The notes under the pieces were generated by a model. That model ran no database searches and was not told the origin of the DNA. It saw only the letters and a list, made by a program, of their open reading frames with translations. A stretch of 64,000 nt of DNA from Octopus sinensis (taxonomy: Eukaryota), in contig NC_043015.1 in assembly GCF_006345805.1 (NCBI RefSeq), forward strand, positions 41,602,001 to 41,666,000. The letters are read 5' to 3'. Of the stretch, positions 63,603 to 64,000 are shown one piece after another. Within the stretch, counting starts at the first letter, position 1, and the number at the start of each line of letters is the position of its first letter. A program made the translations under genes and the position numbers.

Positions 63603-63955
63603 TGGAGGCGCAATGGCCCAGTGGTTAGGGCAGCGGACTCGCGGTCATAGGATCGCGGTTTCGATTCCCAGACCGGGCGTTGTGAGTGTTTATTGAGCGA
63701 AAACACCTAAAAAAGCTCCACGAGGCTCCGGCAGGGGATGGTGGTGATCCCTGCTGTACTCTTTCACCACAACTTTCTCTCACTCTTACTTCCTGTTTCT
63801 GTTGTACCTGTATTTCAAAGGGCCGGCCTTGTCACTCTCTGTGTCACGCTGAATATCCCCGAGAACTACGTTAAGGGTACACGTGTCTGTGGAGTGCTCA
63901 GCCACTTACACGTTAATTTCACGAGCAGGCTGTTCCGTTGATTTGGATCAACCGA
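63603..63955 (+). mobile_element. tRNA(Arg)-like SINE family D
   Basis: A box tggcccagtgg, ctcgcgg anticodon-like loop, B box gtttcgattcc. Related pieces at 7826-8020, 13495-13790, 39170-39490(-), 53290-53625(-). Confidence 0.78.
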
Positions 63956-64000
63956 CGGAGTGCTTCCTTCCCTTATAAGTCTAAGTAATTCCTAAAAGAT

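Overview
AT-rich, microsatellite- and SINE-saturated animal genomic DNA. The repeat families and composition suggest an octopus or other coleoid cephalopod; this is inference, not checked by search. One protein-coding gene is supported: a P4-ATPase phospholipid flippase of the ATP11 type on the minus strand. I traced 21 GT-AG exons (44339 down to 922) that join in one frame over 2592 nt (864 codons) and carry the DGET, PISL, DKTGT, TGD and GDGAND motifs. The N-terminal and last C-terminal exons were not found in the window. The introns hold a near full-length Penelope-like retroelement (RT plus C-terminal GIY-YIG, paired pLTRs), CR1, RTE and R4/Dong LINE fragments, several tRNA-derived SINE families, hAT, piggyBac and Tigger MITEs, and relics of a Tc1/mariner transposase and a Gypsy integrase. 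The most striking signal is the density of type I hammerhead-ribozyme motifs: about 20 intact or decayed copies from several sequence families. They occur as a 65-bp tandem array, as 162- and 205-bp tandem dimers, in long palindromes, in the Penelope pLTRs and in a tRNA-headed composite element. All folds were assigned by eye and no catalytic activity is demonstrated. Repeat boundaries are approximate (about +/-10 nt); exon boundaries were checked base by base. Almost all long ORFs in the supplied track are microsatellite artefacts.
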